A stretch of DNA of 62,834 bases, filler included, from Octopus bimaculoides (Eukaryota), in assembly GCF_001194135.2 (NCBI RefSeq). It is 5 parts of 5 records of this genome, joined end to end, with 100 filler letters (N's around TTAATTAATTAA, not from the genome) between each part and the next. Parts side by side here need not be neighbours in the genome. Positions count along the whole stretch, not along the records: positions 13,793 to 37,105 come from NC_068985.1; 4 more parts are not named here. One strand, given 5' to 3'. Made by a program: the position numbers and the translations under genes. Positions 14,886-26,974 of this stretch are shown here, piece after piece (within the stretch, counting starts at the first letter, position 1; every line of letters starts with the position of its first letter). Below the pieces are notes generated by a model. The model ran no database searches and was not told where the DNA came from. It saw only the letters and a program-made list of their open reading frames with translations.

Positions 14886-15248
14886 CTATATATAGCAGCT
14901 ATCATATGGAGCTACAGAGTCAAATTCATTGGAAAAAAGATAATTTTAAGGCTTTTTTTTGTTCTTTTCTCGTTTTAATATTGGTCTTGCCTTTTTGTTA
15001 GAATTTACATTTCAGGGCTACCATTTCTCATGTTAATCATTTACATTTGAAGAGCAAATAGTATCAGTTTTTAGTGAGATTGATCAAGGCAAAGTGTATA
15101 ACATGCATTGCTTAAGAGGCACATCATACTGCAAGTAACAAACTTTCAGCTAGTGACTTTTGTGTCAGGATCCATTCTTCTCTTTTAATCTGTTCATTTC
15201 CAGTGTCTTTGGCACAACCAAATATACTAAAAATATATATAGGCTCAC

Positions 15249-15457
15249 CTTAGATGGCCAAACAAACGTTTCCATAAGCAGACTTTTCACATCATCCAGA
15301 CCACCAACATCAGACCATCCAGATGCTTCACTGTTATGGAGTTCAATACCACGTAAGGATAGGGGAGAGAAATCAATGAAAGCTTGGTCAAAGTCTTCTT
15401 GTTTAAGTTGTAACTGGGACAAGTCTAGTTGTAACCTGGAGTATGATTCACTGTAAT
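15249..15457 (-). CDS. PEX1: PEX1 exon 12 (DFDQAFIDFSPLSLRGIELH...WSDVGGLDDVKSLLMETFVWPSK), last exon found
   Basis: atttcag| and |gtgagc; 209 nt, phase 1-0; D1-D2 linker WxDVGGL motif. Exons 2-12 total 2484 nt (828 codons) with no stop. Confidence 0.95.
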
Positions 15458-15694
15458 CTGAAATTTAAATATTAATTCTATTTAGAAATGTGATAAAAAA
15501 ATATTACTAAAATAGAGGTTGTTTAGACAAATAAATATCAATAAAAAAATAAATTGTTACAGATGATGACTAAGATAAACTAAATCATAGGAAAGTTAAC
15601 AAGTGATAGGTAGTATAACTACAAATTGAAAGTATTTATTTCAATTCCACAAGGTTTATAAAGGGGAATTTTATTGTTATTGTTGTTAGTCAGC

Positions 15695-15960
15695 ATCATC
15701 ATTTAATGTCTGTTCCCCATGCTGGCATGAGCTGGACAGTTTGACAGGATCTGGTACGGCTGGGAACTCCACCAGGCTCCATTGTTTGTTTTGGTATGGT
15801 TTCTATGGCTGGATAACCTTCCTAATGTCAACAGCACTGACAGGCTCACCAACCAACTTGTAAGACAAAACTCCTTGACTGGCAGTGCTGGGGAAGTAGT
15901 ATTGAGAGGTTGTGGACTTGTGCTAGTTGACAGATTAAAAGCATAGAGGGACAAGGAGAG
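15695..15960 (-). mobile_element. 5'-truncated RTE 3'-tail copy
   Basis: Starts catcatcatttaa..ccatgctggcatg, the reverse of 46000-46157. Confidence 0.75.
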
Positions 15961-16375
15961 GTCATGAAGAAAGGTTGCAGATAAAACTTAAGTGAGAAGC
16001 AAAACAATAGTCAGTAGACCATGAAATCGCTAAATATTTTAAACTAATATCAATTCCTTTATCTTGCATGTGTATGTGTATGTGTGCATGTGTGAAAAAG
16101 GGTCTTATCTTGCATATTACTTGGTGACCCCACTAGTGCTGGTGCCATTAAAAAAAGCAGCCAATATACTCTGTGGAGTTGCTGGTGCGAGGAAGAGCAT
16201 CCAGCTGTAGAAATCTTGCCAAAGGTATCTTTCTTGCTCAAAAGGATTTCATTATATATCCAAAGTTATGAGTGCAAAGCCGGTTTATTGAACAAAAATA
16301 TGTTGTTGAATAAAAGCATATTCATTTCATTTGTTTTTATTATTTTGTAATCATATTACTTGCTAAAAATAGGAA

Positions 16376-16635
16376 TTAACTCTTTAGCATTCATACAACT
16401 ACTATGTCAAATATAATGCTTATATTTGACATTGCTTATATTAAATATAATGCTTATATTTGACATTTCACATTGTTCTGAATTATCATGCATTATCTCA
16501 TACCTTAAAAATTTCAATGATGTGTTTATTTTTAGAATAACATTGTAGCTTAAGAGTGAGGGGCTGGATTTGGTCAGTTTGAACATAAAATAAGTAGAAT
16601 ATTTGGGATGCATATGGTCAGTTTATATTTAGGGT
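16376..16635. mobile_element. TTAA-type MITE (ttaactctttagcatt...atttagggt)
   Basis: Degenerate terminal inverted repeat starting at TTAA. Confidence 0.6.
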
Positions 16636-16677
16636 CCAAATACTAATTGGATAATGAGAACATTACAAGTCACTTAC

Positions 16678-16855
16678 CAGACTGCTTTTGTTGTAAATGT
16701 GAATGAATGGCTCGGTTGACAATTTTCTTTAAATCTTGAACCACAAAGCCTTCAGCCTTTGCAGCTATTTTCTTCAAATCAATTTGTTTTCTAACATCTG
16801 AATGAACAGCTAAATTTGATTCTAACAAACTTTCAAGAATTTCTTCTCTGGTTTT
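16678..16855 (-). CDS. PEX1: PEX1 exon 11 (KTREEILESLL...AEGFVVQDLKKIVNRAIHSHLQQKQS)
   Basis: atttctag| and |gtaagt; 178 nt, phase 0-1; AAA lid motif (GFVARDFTVLVDRAIH in human). Confidence 0.92.
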
Positions 16856-16904
16856 CTAGAAATACAAAACAAAATATTAATTATACTTAAAATGCGACTA
16901 GAAT

Positions 16905-17170
16905 CATCATCATCATTTAACGTTCGCTTTCCATGCTGGCATGGGTTGGACAGTTTAACTGAGGACTCGCAAGCCAGGAGGCTGCACCAGGTTCCAGTCT
17001 GATCTGGCAAAGTTTCTACAGCTGGATGCCCTTCCTAATACCAACCACTCTGAGAGTGTAGTGGATGCTTTTTACGTGGTACCAGCATGGGGGTTAGTCA
17101 GGCGGCACTGGCATCGACTACGTTTGAAAGGTGCTTTTTATCTGTCACTGGCACAGGAGCCAGTTAGGTA
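16905..17170 (-). mobile_element. 5'-truncated RTE 3'-tail copy
   Basis: High similarity to the reverse of 45900-46157. Confidence 0.85.
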
Positions 17171-17349
17171 TCACTGGCTTTATAAAAAACACAAAGAATG
17201 AATAAAAGTGGAACATTTTAATTTGGAACACGATTCTTTTTATTTTTATTCTTTTAATTTAAAATCCAAACAAAACTGAATTCATACAACACACATACGC
17301 AAGCCTAATATTGTTATCATCTTCATTGCTATCTCTTTTGCATTAATAC

Positions 17350-17570
17350 CAGTTTCAAAATTTGGCACAAGGCCAGCAAGTTTGTGGGAGTGGGGAGGAG
17401 TTGATGACATCGATCCCAGTGCTCAACTGGTACTTATTTCATTGACCCTGAAGGGATGAAAGGCAAAGTTGACCTTGGAAGAATCTGAACTCAGAACGTA
17501 AAGATGAACAACATGCCGCTAAGCATTTTCTCTGGTGTGCTAACAATTCTGCCAGCTCCCTGCCCTTTCT
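17350..17570 (-). mobile_element. MetaSINE-like SINE
   Basis: gatgaaaggcaaagttgacc...ctcagaacgtaaag...tctgccagct. Confidence 0.8.
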
Positions 17571-18049
17571 TCCACATTAATACTGTTATCACTTTATGAT
17601 CAAGATAAATCATGTCTACTTTGCTATATTTTACATCAACCCAAATGCATATAATATCAGATGACATATTTGTGTTATTGAAACATGACATAAAGATCAT
17701 GGCTAGCTATGAAGTTTTAAGTGATTGGTTCATTGTCACCACCTTCATGAAAGGTCAGTCAGACCTAGCTCCTGGTAGATTTTATGCCTTTCTAATATAC
17801 AAAGAATTTAGTATAGAAACAATGAAAATTATAAATAATATAATATACTTCTTTCAACAAACTGAACTGAGGTTGAAAATTTAACATTAGTTGTGCATAA
17901 CAGTGTAAATGTTTGTTCTGTTTTATTGGCTATGGATAAGTAAATAAAGATTGAATTTTAGACCATTTGATTTTAGTTACAATTCTATAAAATACGTTTT
18001 AAATTGTTACCTTAATTTTGAAATAATGTATGTGCGTATGTTTGCATGT

Positions 18050-18432
18050 ATGTATGTGGCTGTGCATCTTGGGGCAAGTGTCTTTCATATAACCCAGGGC
18101 TCACCAAAGCCTTGTGAGTGGATTTGGTAGATGAAAACTGAAAGAAACCGGTTAAACATGCATATATAAGTGTGTATGTGTGTTTGTATCCTTGTCTTGA
18201 AATCATGTGGCATTTGTAGGTGAGCACCACTGTTATACAAGTGATGTTGTTCATTTCCAGTGTTCTGTGAAAAACATACTTGAAAATAGGGAAATATTAC
18301 TTTATTTGGAAACAAGTGAGGGTTGGCAACAGGAAGGGCATCCAGCTGTAGAAAATCAGCCTCAACAAATTCTGTCCAATCCATGCAAGCATGGAAAAGA
18401 GATCGTTAAATGATGATAAGGATGATGATGAT
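18050..18432 (+). mobile_element. SINE CORE-like body joined to an RTE-type 3' tail
   Basis: ttggggcaagtgtctt...gccttgtgagtggatttggtag body followed by aggaagggcatccagctgtagaaa...gttaaatgatgat tail. Confidence 0.7.
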
Positions 18433-19502
18433 GCATGTGTATATACTATACAATCATTTGTTTACATTTTGTTTGTCCATGCTAGCATGGGCTAGAAGAA
18501 CACATACTATTAAGGCATTGTTTTACTGACAGATACCTTTCCTATCACTAACTCTTAACTGTTGTTCAAGTAAAGGAGTTTTCATTCTACATATATTTGA
18601 AAAGACAGAGATAGTAAACGATTAGTTAACAAGGAAATGACAACAAACATTGCCACTCACAATTCAGTACTTTTTCATGTGAAGTGCAGAATAATAACGT
18701 TCATAGACACACACCTGTCTATATACACATATATATATATTTGTATATCTCAAGGGGCTTCATACAATTTCTGCTCACCAAATTCATTGATCAGCCTGGG
18801 GCTATAGTTGAAGACACATGCATAAGGTATTGAGCAGTGGGACACACACACTCATATGTGCACCGACCTATTGGCAATAGGTAGAAATTCATTTGATAAT
18901 TTTGATAATGAGCAACCTTGGATCAGGCTTTCTTGTCATTGGACCTAGACTCCTACTCTCATAGCAGACTGTAGACAATGACTGCTATACCTCAACCCTT
19001 CTACACTAAACTCATCATTTACAAAACATACATGATATATTAAAAGATATGAGAATATAACCAATTCAACATTTATTGAATAAATACACACAAACACACA
19101 CACACATACATATATAGTATAATACAATGGACAGAATACACTATGAATAATGTAGCAGGATTAGGTTATAACTGCATAATTTACTCATCAGGTGTACAAG
19201 CAATCTACAACTGTTTTGAATAAAAATAGAAGAAATTAGGAAATTAAGTGTATTATGAGTATGGTGTAAGATGAGGAATTGGTTTAGGTAATTATCTGAG
19301 AGATTTATCTCAGTCATAGGTTGTTTGCACACCTGATGAGTAAACTATGCAATTAAGGTATAATTTCATGAAACATCAGTTACTCTTGTCTTTTATATAT
19401 GACAAGGACCCAATGATGCTACACACATACACACACACATTTTAACTTTTTTGTGATGGGTTACAAAAATCTGAATAAGTATGATTTAGGGAAATATTTC
19501 AC

Positions 19503-19657
19503 CTGTTCAGGGTATGGGATGTTGATAGTCAGTTGTATGTAATGTGTGCCACGTGATGATATTAACTTTTGGTGAAGAGACATCCTAGATTCACTAGTAG
19601 CTATCACACCAACAGAGGAATGAGATATCAACAGTTTCTTCAGCATGTCGCAGACAA
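19503..19657 (-). CDS. PEX1: PEX1 exon 10 (VCDMLKKLL...SRGTHYIQLTINIPYPEQ)
   Basis: attacag| and |gtgaaa; 155 nt, phase 1-0; similar to human [24 protein letters not shown]. Confidence 0.9.
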
Positions 19658-20360
19658 CTGTAATATTTTAAACAAATAAAAGAAATACATAACTTTTATC
19701 AATAAAATAAACCATTACATTGACCAAATTATACAAGAATAATGCATACATTTCATCATTTAGGTTTTTGTGTATTTAATATATAGAGAACTCTAAAACA
19801 CAAGTTAAAAAAGGAGGTCTAGATTGCAAGACATTCAAAGCTAACATATGTTTCCATCCTACAGATACATAGACCAGTAAGTCCTCTTAGTTACTGAAGC
19901 AAGATTAGATTCACAGACCCTATGATAATCTTCTCCATTTTACTCTATCCTTTACATATCCCCTTATCAACTTTCCCTTCCCTTCATTTCTTTTTCTATC
20001 AGCTTTAGCCATTTCTTTCTGGGTCTCAACCTCTTTCCACATTATTTCCATCAGTCCTCTTAGCTAATTACTTTCAGCTTTTGTCAATACAAAACATTGA
20101 CAAAACAATTGAGAAATATTTGTAGAGAAATGGAATGAATTTGTTTTTCTACAGATTGATTTTTTTTTCTATAATTAGTTCATTTGTTTAAATAAACTAG
20201 TCATAAAAGTCTTAATAAAAGTTTATTTTATCTTAAAATTTATGAACCTTAATCAAGTACAAAATTTAATTATGGATACAGAAAGTTGGATGGAAATCAT
20301 AGTTTCTTTAAATAGATTTTCCTTAGCCAATTAATTTAGAGATAATCATCAGTAATATAC

Positions 20361-20519
20361 CAGATGAAAGTCGAATGTTTTCCAAGGGATCCATATCTAT
20401 ATCTGTGTCTCGACTGCATAAGCAGTCAAGGTCATCTAATACAACAATAGCAGGTTGTCTCCAAGAAGCTTCTTCAAACTGCTGTTCCAAAAAGGTACGG
20501 ATGCTAGATATCTTTTTAC
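20361..20519 (-). CDS. PEX1: PEX1 exon 9, D1 Walker B (WRQPAIVVLDDLD)
   Basis: ttgctag| and |gtatat; 159 nt, phase 1-1; matches human WMQPSVVLLDDLD. Confidence 0.93.
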
Positions 20520-20798
20520 CTAGCAAGTAGAAATAAAATGAGAATTTTTAAAACAAGGAAGTTACAGCAGTAAAACATAGGTGCAAATTGATAAGTAACA
20601 CTCAAAGAATTTAGTGTTTACTGAATAAAAATTAAAAGAGAAATATAACTCACAGCATCCAATTATATCATTTTAATAAATATTCATATAGTTAATAATT
20701 GATTTTTGAGAAATAAATTACTGAAGTTAAAAAAACAGTAAATAGATTATTGAAATATTTTGTAGTTGCAATATATAAGTACGAGTTAAATAACATAC

Positions 20799-21022
20799 CA
20801 ACAAGAGATTTACAAGATATAATAAGAGGGTATGCCAGTGTGGGAGGCTCCAGTAGTTCTTTACAAATGGCTGAAGCAAGAGTAGTTTTTCCACTTCCAG
20901 TGGCACCTGTGATCAGTAAAATTCCTTGGGATGATCTTGACAATGTCATAGAAGTAGAGCCATTGTTACTAAGACACATATGAAAATGTAAGAGAGCTTT
21001 TGATATTTGAGTCTGCAGACCC
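20799..21022 (-). CDS. PEX1: PEX1 exon 8, D1 AAA Walker A (GILLITGATGSGKTTLASAICKE)
   Basis: atttcag| and |gtatgt; 224 nt, phase 2-1; Walker A GxxGxGKT in a PEX1-specific context. Confidence 0.95.
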
Positions 21023-21901
21023 CTGAAATATTCAAATATAGACATTATGAAAAGTAAGAACTGTAGACTCAATAGGCAGTAATAATATAAATATACTTTA
21101 AAAACAAAATATTCATTTTAAATACAAAATGCATACAACAGATATCCATGGGTGCTATAAAAGGCTGTATGTGTTTAACACTTTCCAGAAAATGTTAAAT
21201 AATTTTGTACCTTTAAAGTTACCAACTATTAAGAAATTTTATATTACAAAAATATATATCAAATAGTTATGTAAGCATCTTGAAAGATATCTAACTCAAA
21301 CTTCAGCAAGAAATTAACATTTGGTTACAGACTACAAATGTAGGTGGAAATTAAGAAATTTAAACATATTTGTTGAATCTAGTTGAATACCATTTCTAAT
21401 ACCAAAGAAGATGAACTACTGAACTATAACTGATAAACTTAAGCAGTATCTTAATCTATACTAGATTAGTTGTTGAAATAAATCATAGCTATTATGTTAA
21501 ACTGTCAGACGTCCAAATGCTCTTTTTTTGTTGTTTTTTTTTGTTTCCAACAGCTGGTTCTTTTGGTCAAATTATTGTATCTCCAGCTGCTTCAAATGCC
21601 AAGATATCAAAAGTTGTCAAAGTGTAGTACAACAGTTTCTGCTATGGAATGGTGAAAATATTTTTTCATTTTCTGAAAAAGCAACATTTTGGACTCAAGA
21701 CACTTTTGTATAATAGCAACGAAATGTAGAAGTAAATAATGAATATACAGTAATGTAATCACCGTTTAAATACATATTGTATTCAAAGCACTGATACTTA
21801 TACATTTTTAATGGAAAAGTTTTAAATGGTTATTTGAACTTCCTTTTGTATGTTGTATTGGAAATAAAAAGGTTCAAAAATAGTAAATGAAGGATACTAA
21901 C

Positions 21902-22163
21902 TTGATTTCACTTAATTTGATGGTACCAACTCTGGGATCAATTTCAGTGAGAGCGAGGAAACTTGGCTGAATTTTAGGCGATTGCCGACTACGGTCAACT
22001 TCATTTTGAATAATTATTTGAGTTGATTTTAATGCTTCTGGATAAAGCTCAGCATATACCAGCTCTTCTTGACATTTTGCATTATGGTTATTTTGACTGA
22101 AGGATAAAATAGCTTCTACCCAATAGTCTGAAATATTAAAATTCAAAGACATGATCTTACTTG
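21902..22163 (-). CDS. PEX1: PEX1 exon 7 (SKIMSLNF...TIKLSEI)
   Basis: atattag| and |gttagt; 262 nt, phase 1-2, in frame with exons 6 and 8. Confidence 0.8.
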
Positions 22164-22443
22164 CTAATATTAACAAAATTCATTTTTATCAATAAAAATA
22201 TTATATCAAATCCTCAAGCATAGATACATTATTCTCCTTTCCTTGGTTTTTGGAAGAAAACTTATAAAAAATATACAATGTTGAAACAAAAACATTCAGT
22301 GAAAATAATTTCATTATTTGATGAATTTTTTTAGACAGGAAATAATTCTCCAACCATAATATAAACACTTCAAATTGTACAAGTTAGTAAATAAATACTG
22401 TATTAAAATAAGTAATAGAATAGTGGATACTCTTTCACAAATT

Positions 22444-22660
22444 TGAGGGGATTGCTGAAAAGTTCCTGGTTTAGGGTAAAAGAAAATAGAGGAGGATCAG
22501 TTAATTATGATTTTATTCAACATATTCCCCTCTCAGATTTACACACATATTGCAGCAGTCCTTCAGTTATTTTAAGCCCTGTAAAAGAACTTGGAAGTTT
22601 GGGCCTCCAACCACGCCTTTTGTGATACCCTTAAAGCCAAGAACTTTTCAGCACCCCCTT
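22444..22660. mobile_element. Mariner-derived MITE
   Basis: ~33-bp TIRs: gaggggattgctgaaaagttcctggtttagggta and tacccttaaagccaagaacttttcagcacccctt. Confidence 0.88.
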
Positions 22661-22745
22661 GAATATATCTTAAACATTTGAAATATAGACTTCTTCTAAA
22701 ATAAGACTCTAAATTAATAAAAGAAAAGCAGAATTAAGTACTAAC

Positions 22746-22896
22746 CTGTTTTCTTCTTGATTCGGAACCTGATAAGCTTTTTATCAAATACAATCATTGG
22801 TTGAGAAAGAGTGGTAGTTTTGTTAATCCACAATTCAAAAGCTTTACGTGTTGTTTTCTCATCAAGACGATCTAAACTTTCTTGAAGACCAAACAG
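22746..22896 (-). CDS. PEX1: PEX1 exon 6: LFGLQESLDRLDEKTTRKAFELWINKTTTLSQPMIVFDKKLIRFRIKKKT
   Basis: ttttcatag| and |gttagt; 151 nt, phase 0-1; resembles human VFYSWLQQSTTTMLPLVI. Confidence 0.85.
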
Positions 22897-24220
22897 CTAT
22901 GAAAAAGTAATCATTAAATTCAATAAGCCCCTTGATGATGAAGCCAAGAGGATAACAAGTTGAATGTATATTTGTGCATTCACAAATACTTTCATTCATC
23001 ATTAGTAATAAATTAAGAATAAATACATAGTTTGCAGATATATTTGGAAAAACTGCTATTTTATAATTGCTTTTGGCATGAATTCTGAAAACAATTTGTG
23101 GATAATAATTTTCATGCCTATACATATCTTAAATAACATTGTAAAATAAGCCATACATTTTGTGGAGAACCAAAAGGTTAGCAAGAACTAGTTAAACTAA
23201 TCAGTTTTGTTTTTTTTCTTAAATGTCACTAATTTTCTCATTTTAGACCAGATGTTCTTTATTTTTGCCTTGTTTTCCATATTCACACTAAATTTTTTTT
23301 ACTCACTTTAAATCAGTCATGGTAAACATTATGCTGATTATAAGTCTTCGTTGCATTAAAAGTTTTCCTAAAGTGATCCCAAATGTTTATAGAAAACTTG
23401 CACTGTCAAATTGGAATCTCATTACAGAAGAGCTTTAGAGGAAGGTCAAAAGACTACACATGACTAAGACAAGAGATACATTAGGTAACAGAAACCTCAA
23501 AAGTCAACAGTATAAAAAGAATCATTAAGTTGGATGTAAAGAAAGAAGCAGCCTGACACTTCATAATATATTATGGATGTAAATAGAGGTTGACCACAAG
23601 AACTAGTAAAATCAATACCAGAATAGTGGAAAACATTTTTTTTAGATGAAATAGGTACAACAGAATGTCAGACTATTAGCTGAAGGATTTGTGTTTTCCA
23701 TCCCATTGCCAAAATCTTTAAGCAGCAGGAACAATGTATAATTAATGAGCATTTTGTGAGTTTGCTATGCTTAGTTTCAATCATTCAAGAGGTGTGGAGG
23801 AGGTAACTATAAACCCACTCTAGTGTAAATATTCAATAAAAAGTCTTATAAATGTTTTCGCCAAAAGATCTCTAGGAATTGTTTACAACTTGGTGGTAAT
23901 CCTTATATAGAATGTAGTGGCCAACAGAATGTTTGGAGAAAGGTACTGTGTTAGGGGTAGCATATACAATAGCTAAGGTTATATAAGCAATAGGACACCC
24001 AGTGAAATACTTAAATCAAATTTAAAAGTTAGGACTTTTAAGATGAGACAACACAAGGTTGAGATGTATGAAATAATATGTAAGAGAACCAATAAGCCAG
24101 CGCAAGCATATTAACTCCACACTCTAGACATGATGATGAATTGTAAAACTAGATCAATTTATTTTTAAAATTAATTTAAAATATAAGAATTTTATGAAGT
24201 AAATGTATTAGAATACTTAC

Positions 24221-25026
24221 TGTAACTCTTATTGGCTTGATATAGAGATAACGTAGTTTTATTTTGTAAGCACGGATACCTTGTAATTCAACTCGGCTTG
24301 TGAGTTCAAGTTGTTCAATGAATCGAAGAGCATTGGGGACCATTACATGGCCTTCTAAAACATTCTTTTCATTGAAGATGGATGGTGAGCTGCCTTCTTC
24401 ACAAATCCTTTCACTATTTCCAACTACTCTCACTTGAACAACATTATTAGACAAGTTATTTTCTTTAGCAGACGATTTTCCAGTCTGGGACTGGGAAAGC
24501 TCTTTTGGAGATTGAAGTCTAATTAATTTTGCAAAGAATATTCGTGGTATGGATTTCAGTACACTGCACTGGTCTATGATGTCTCCAATGCTGACAAATA
24601 CAATATCCGGATTCTTTAAAAAATGTTTTAATTTAAGGGAATTATTTGAATCAAGAACGTGTTTAGGCATTTCAATACATTCAGTAAGACCCTGCACTCG
24701 TAAAGTCATAGAAACTGAATCTGGGAAGAATTCAGTTTTCTCAGGTATGTTTTCAGCAGGTTGTCTTTCTGTCACTGTAGGAGTTGTCCACATGAAGAAA
24801 CTCTGGAAATACTGAAAAAGTCCTGAGTAAAGAGAAAGGGATTGACTCATATCTTCCAAAGGAGCCATATCCCCAACATTGAGTTTTCGAGGGTTCTTAA
24901 ATAAATTGTTTTTCGTAGTATGTTCTGTCATTTTTTTTTCTATAGATCCAAGACGAGAAAAACGAGAAACTATGACTTCAGTTTCTTGACGGAGTAAAGC
25001 ACATTCAACAGTAGGTTTTATTTTTC
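24221..25026 (-). CDS. PEX1: PEX1 large exon 5 (includes track ORF 24176-24931)
   Basis: ttacag| and |gtaagt; 806 nt open frame, phase 1-0, compatible with both neighbours; PEX1 has a large, poorly conserved fifth exon. Confidence 0.85.
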
Positions 25027-25589
25027 CTGTAAAGCAATTATAAAAAGAAAAAGAAGAAAAGTATCAAAATTAAAGTTTGCGTAATTTATTTTTGTTTATT
25101 TAAAACTGAAAGTATTTTACAGAGAAAGAAAGAGAAAAGTTTATGATTATTTAGAGGTAAATGATTACTTTTAAAAATAAATATATAATTACTTAAATAC
25201 TTAAATCTTTATACTTATATTAAAAGTTGAAAAAACTGAAAATTGTTAGTTTTCAGTTGGTTGTCATCTTTTATTAGAGTAAAATGGAAATATATATCTA
25301 ACAAGAATTTTGATCTGAAATAATGCTGAAAGATATTGAACTTGGAAGAGCCATTTTTGACAATAAAACACATGCACACACAAGTATACTCTAGTTGCAG
25401 CTTTTATTTCTGTCTTAATTGTTTAATTATTTAGTTAGTGATATCAAAGTTCTTCATCCCATTCTCAGTGCTGCTTGGTCATTGATCTCTGTATATCTAT
25501 GTAATTTTCAAGTAATTAGTTCTTACACACTGGTTTCACTAATTAGTGTGTATGACATCAGTAATATATATCTGTGTAATGAAGGCATG

Positions 25590-25875
25590 TGGCTCATGAA
25601 CGTATGGTCATGAATTTGATTCCAGGTAGTGTGTTGTATCCTTGAGCAAAACACTATTTCATTTTGCTCCAGTCCACTCAGATAGGAAAAAAATGAGTAG
25701 TACCTGTAATTCAAAAGGGCCAGCCTTGTCACATTCTGTGTCATGCTGAATCTCCCTGAGAACTATTTTAAGAGTATGCATGTCTGTGGAGTGCTCAGCC
25801 ACATGCATATTAATTTCAATAGCAGGCTGTCCATTCATTGAATCCACTGGAACCCTTGATGTTATAACAGAATGC
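25590..25875 (+). mobile_element. SINE sharing its head and core with 29568-29833
   Basis: ccttgagcaaaacact..ttgctccagtccactcag core. Confidence 0.65.
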
Positions 25876-26200
25876 CAGTTTATATCTGTGTATACACTTA
25901 GATGTGGTGTTAGTATATGATATATATATAAAATAGGTTTAACAATGGTTGTGGTAGCATGTGTGACATTATTATTTATTCATTTGTTCTTTTATCCTAT
26001 TTTTACTACTGCTAGCTACCCTCTTAATGATGCCAGAGTTGTCCACAGGGTAAATTTAAGATGGTTCAAAGTGGACAGAGTATACATATCCATCCCCTAT
26101 CAACTTAGTAGATGTCACATATATCTAAGACACCACACTATATATATATATATATAAATATATATACACAAATAAATAGGCTAAACCAACAATTACTTAC

Positions 26201-26315
26201 CAATTTTCAAAAAGAGACAAACAGATTGATGGACCCAGATTGGTAAGACTTGTCCTTCCCAAACAACACGCACTTGCTCCAACAAATGGGCCTCAATGAA
26301 GTGCGCATTTTTTTC
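26201..26315 (-). CDS. PEX1: PEX1 exon 4: EKNAHFIEAHLLEQVRVVWEGQVLPIWVHQSVCLFLKI
   Basis: ttcatag| and |gtaagt; 115 nt, phase 0-1; matches the LLDQIRIV..IFPVWV motif. Confidence 0.93.
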
Positions 26316-26584
26316 CTATGAATATACATAAATACAACATAACTTTTGCAATGTCTGTTAAGGTTGTATATTAATGAAATAACATTATGAAGGCACAGGC
26401 TTTGGCGTGTGGATATGGAGTTTGCTTTGAAAGCACAGTTTATTGTGAAGCACCTTAGGGTCTTTTACTACACTATAAGCTTTGTCTTGTGAGTGAATGA
26501 TGATGGAGATGATGATGAACCTGTACCTCAGCCTGTTGAGCATACGCACACACACAAATGTATATGTATACATGTACATATATA

Positions 26585-26900
26585 CATACATGCTACAGAA
26601 CCTCCCAAAACTAGGTACCAATATCTAAGCATTATCTGAACATAAGATCGTGAAGAAAAACAACCAATATCAATGTAAGTAATTTCTACAAACCATGAAT
26701 CCACAAAGACTTCCCATTTTACTAGAATGAAGGACAACTCAGGGTAATGAGACTAAGATATAAAAATTCAAGATACAAGCATAACAAATATGCATTTCCA
26801 TCATCAGTTGGCAAATGGATATCACTATGGTTTTGACACCTGGGCAGTATCATTCAATCTGTCAGTCTCAACAGCATTAAAAAGCATAAATGCTGTCTAG
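26585..26900 (+). mobile_element. Ancient LINE ORF2 C-terminal relic, copy 1
   Basis: HYGFDTWAV resembles the LINE LYGxETW motif; paralogous to 29485-30060. Confidence 0.55.
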
Positions 26901-26937
26901 GAACATGCATACAAACTTAAAAATATACATTCATTTA

Positions 26938-26974
<37 letters not shown>

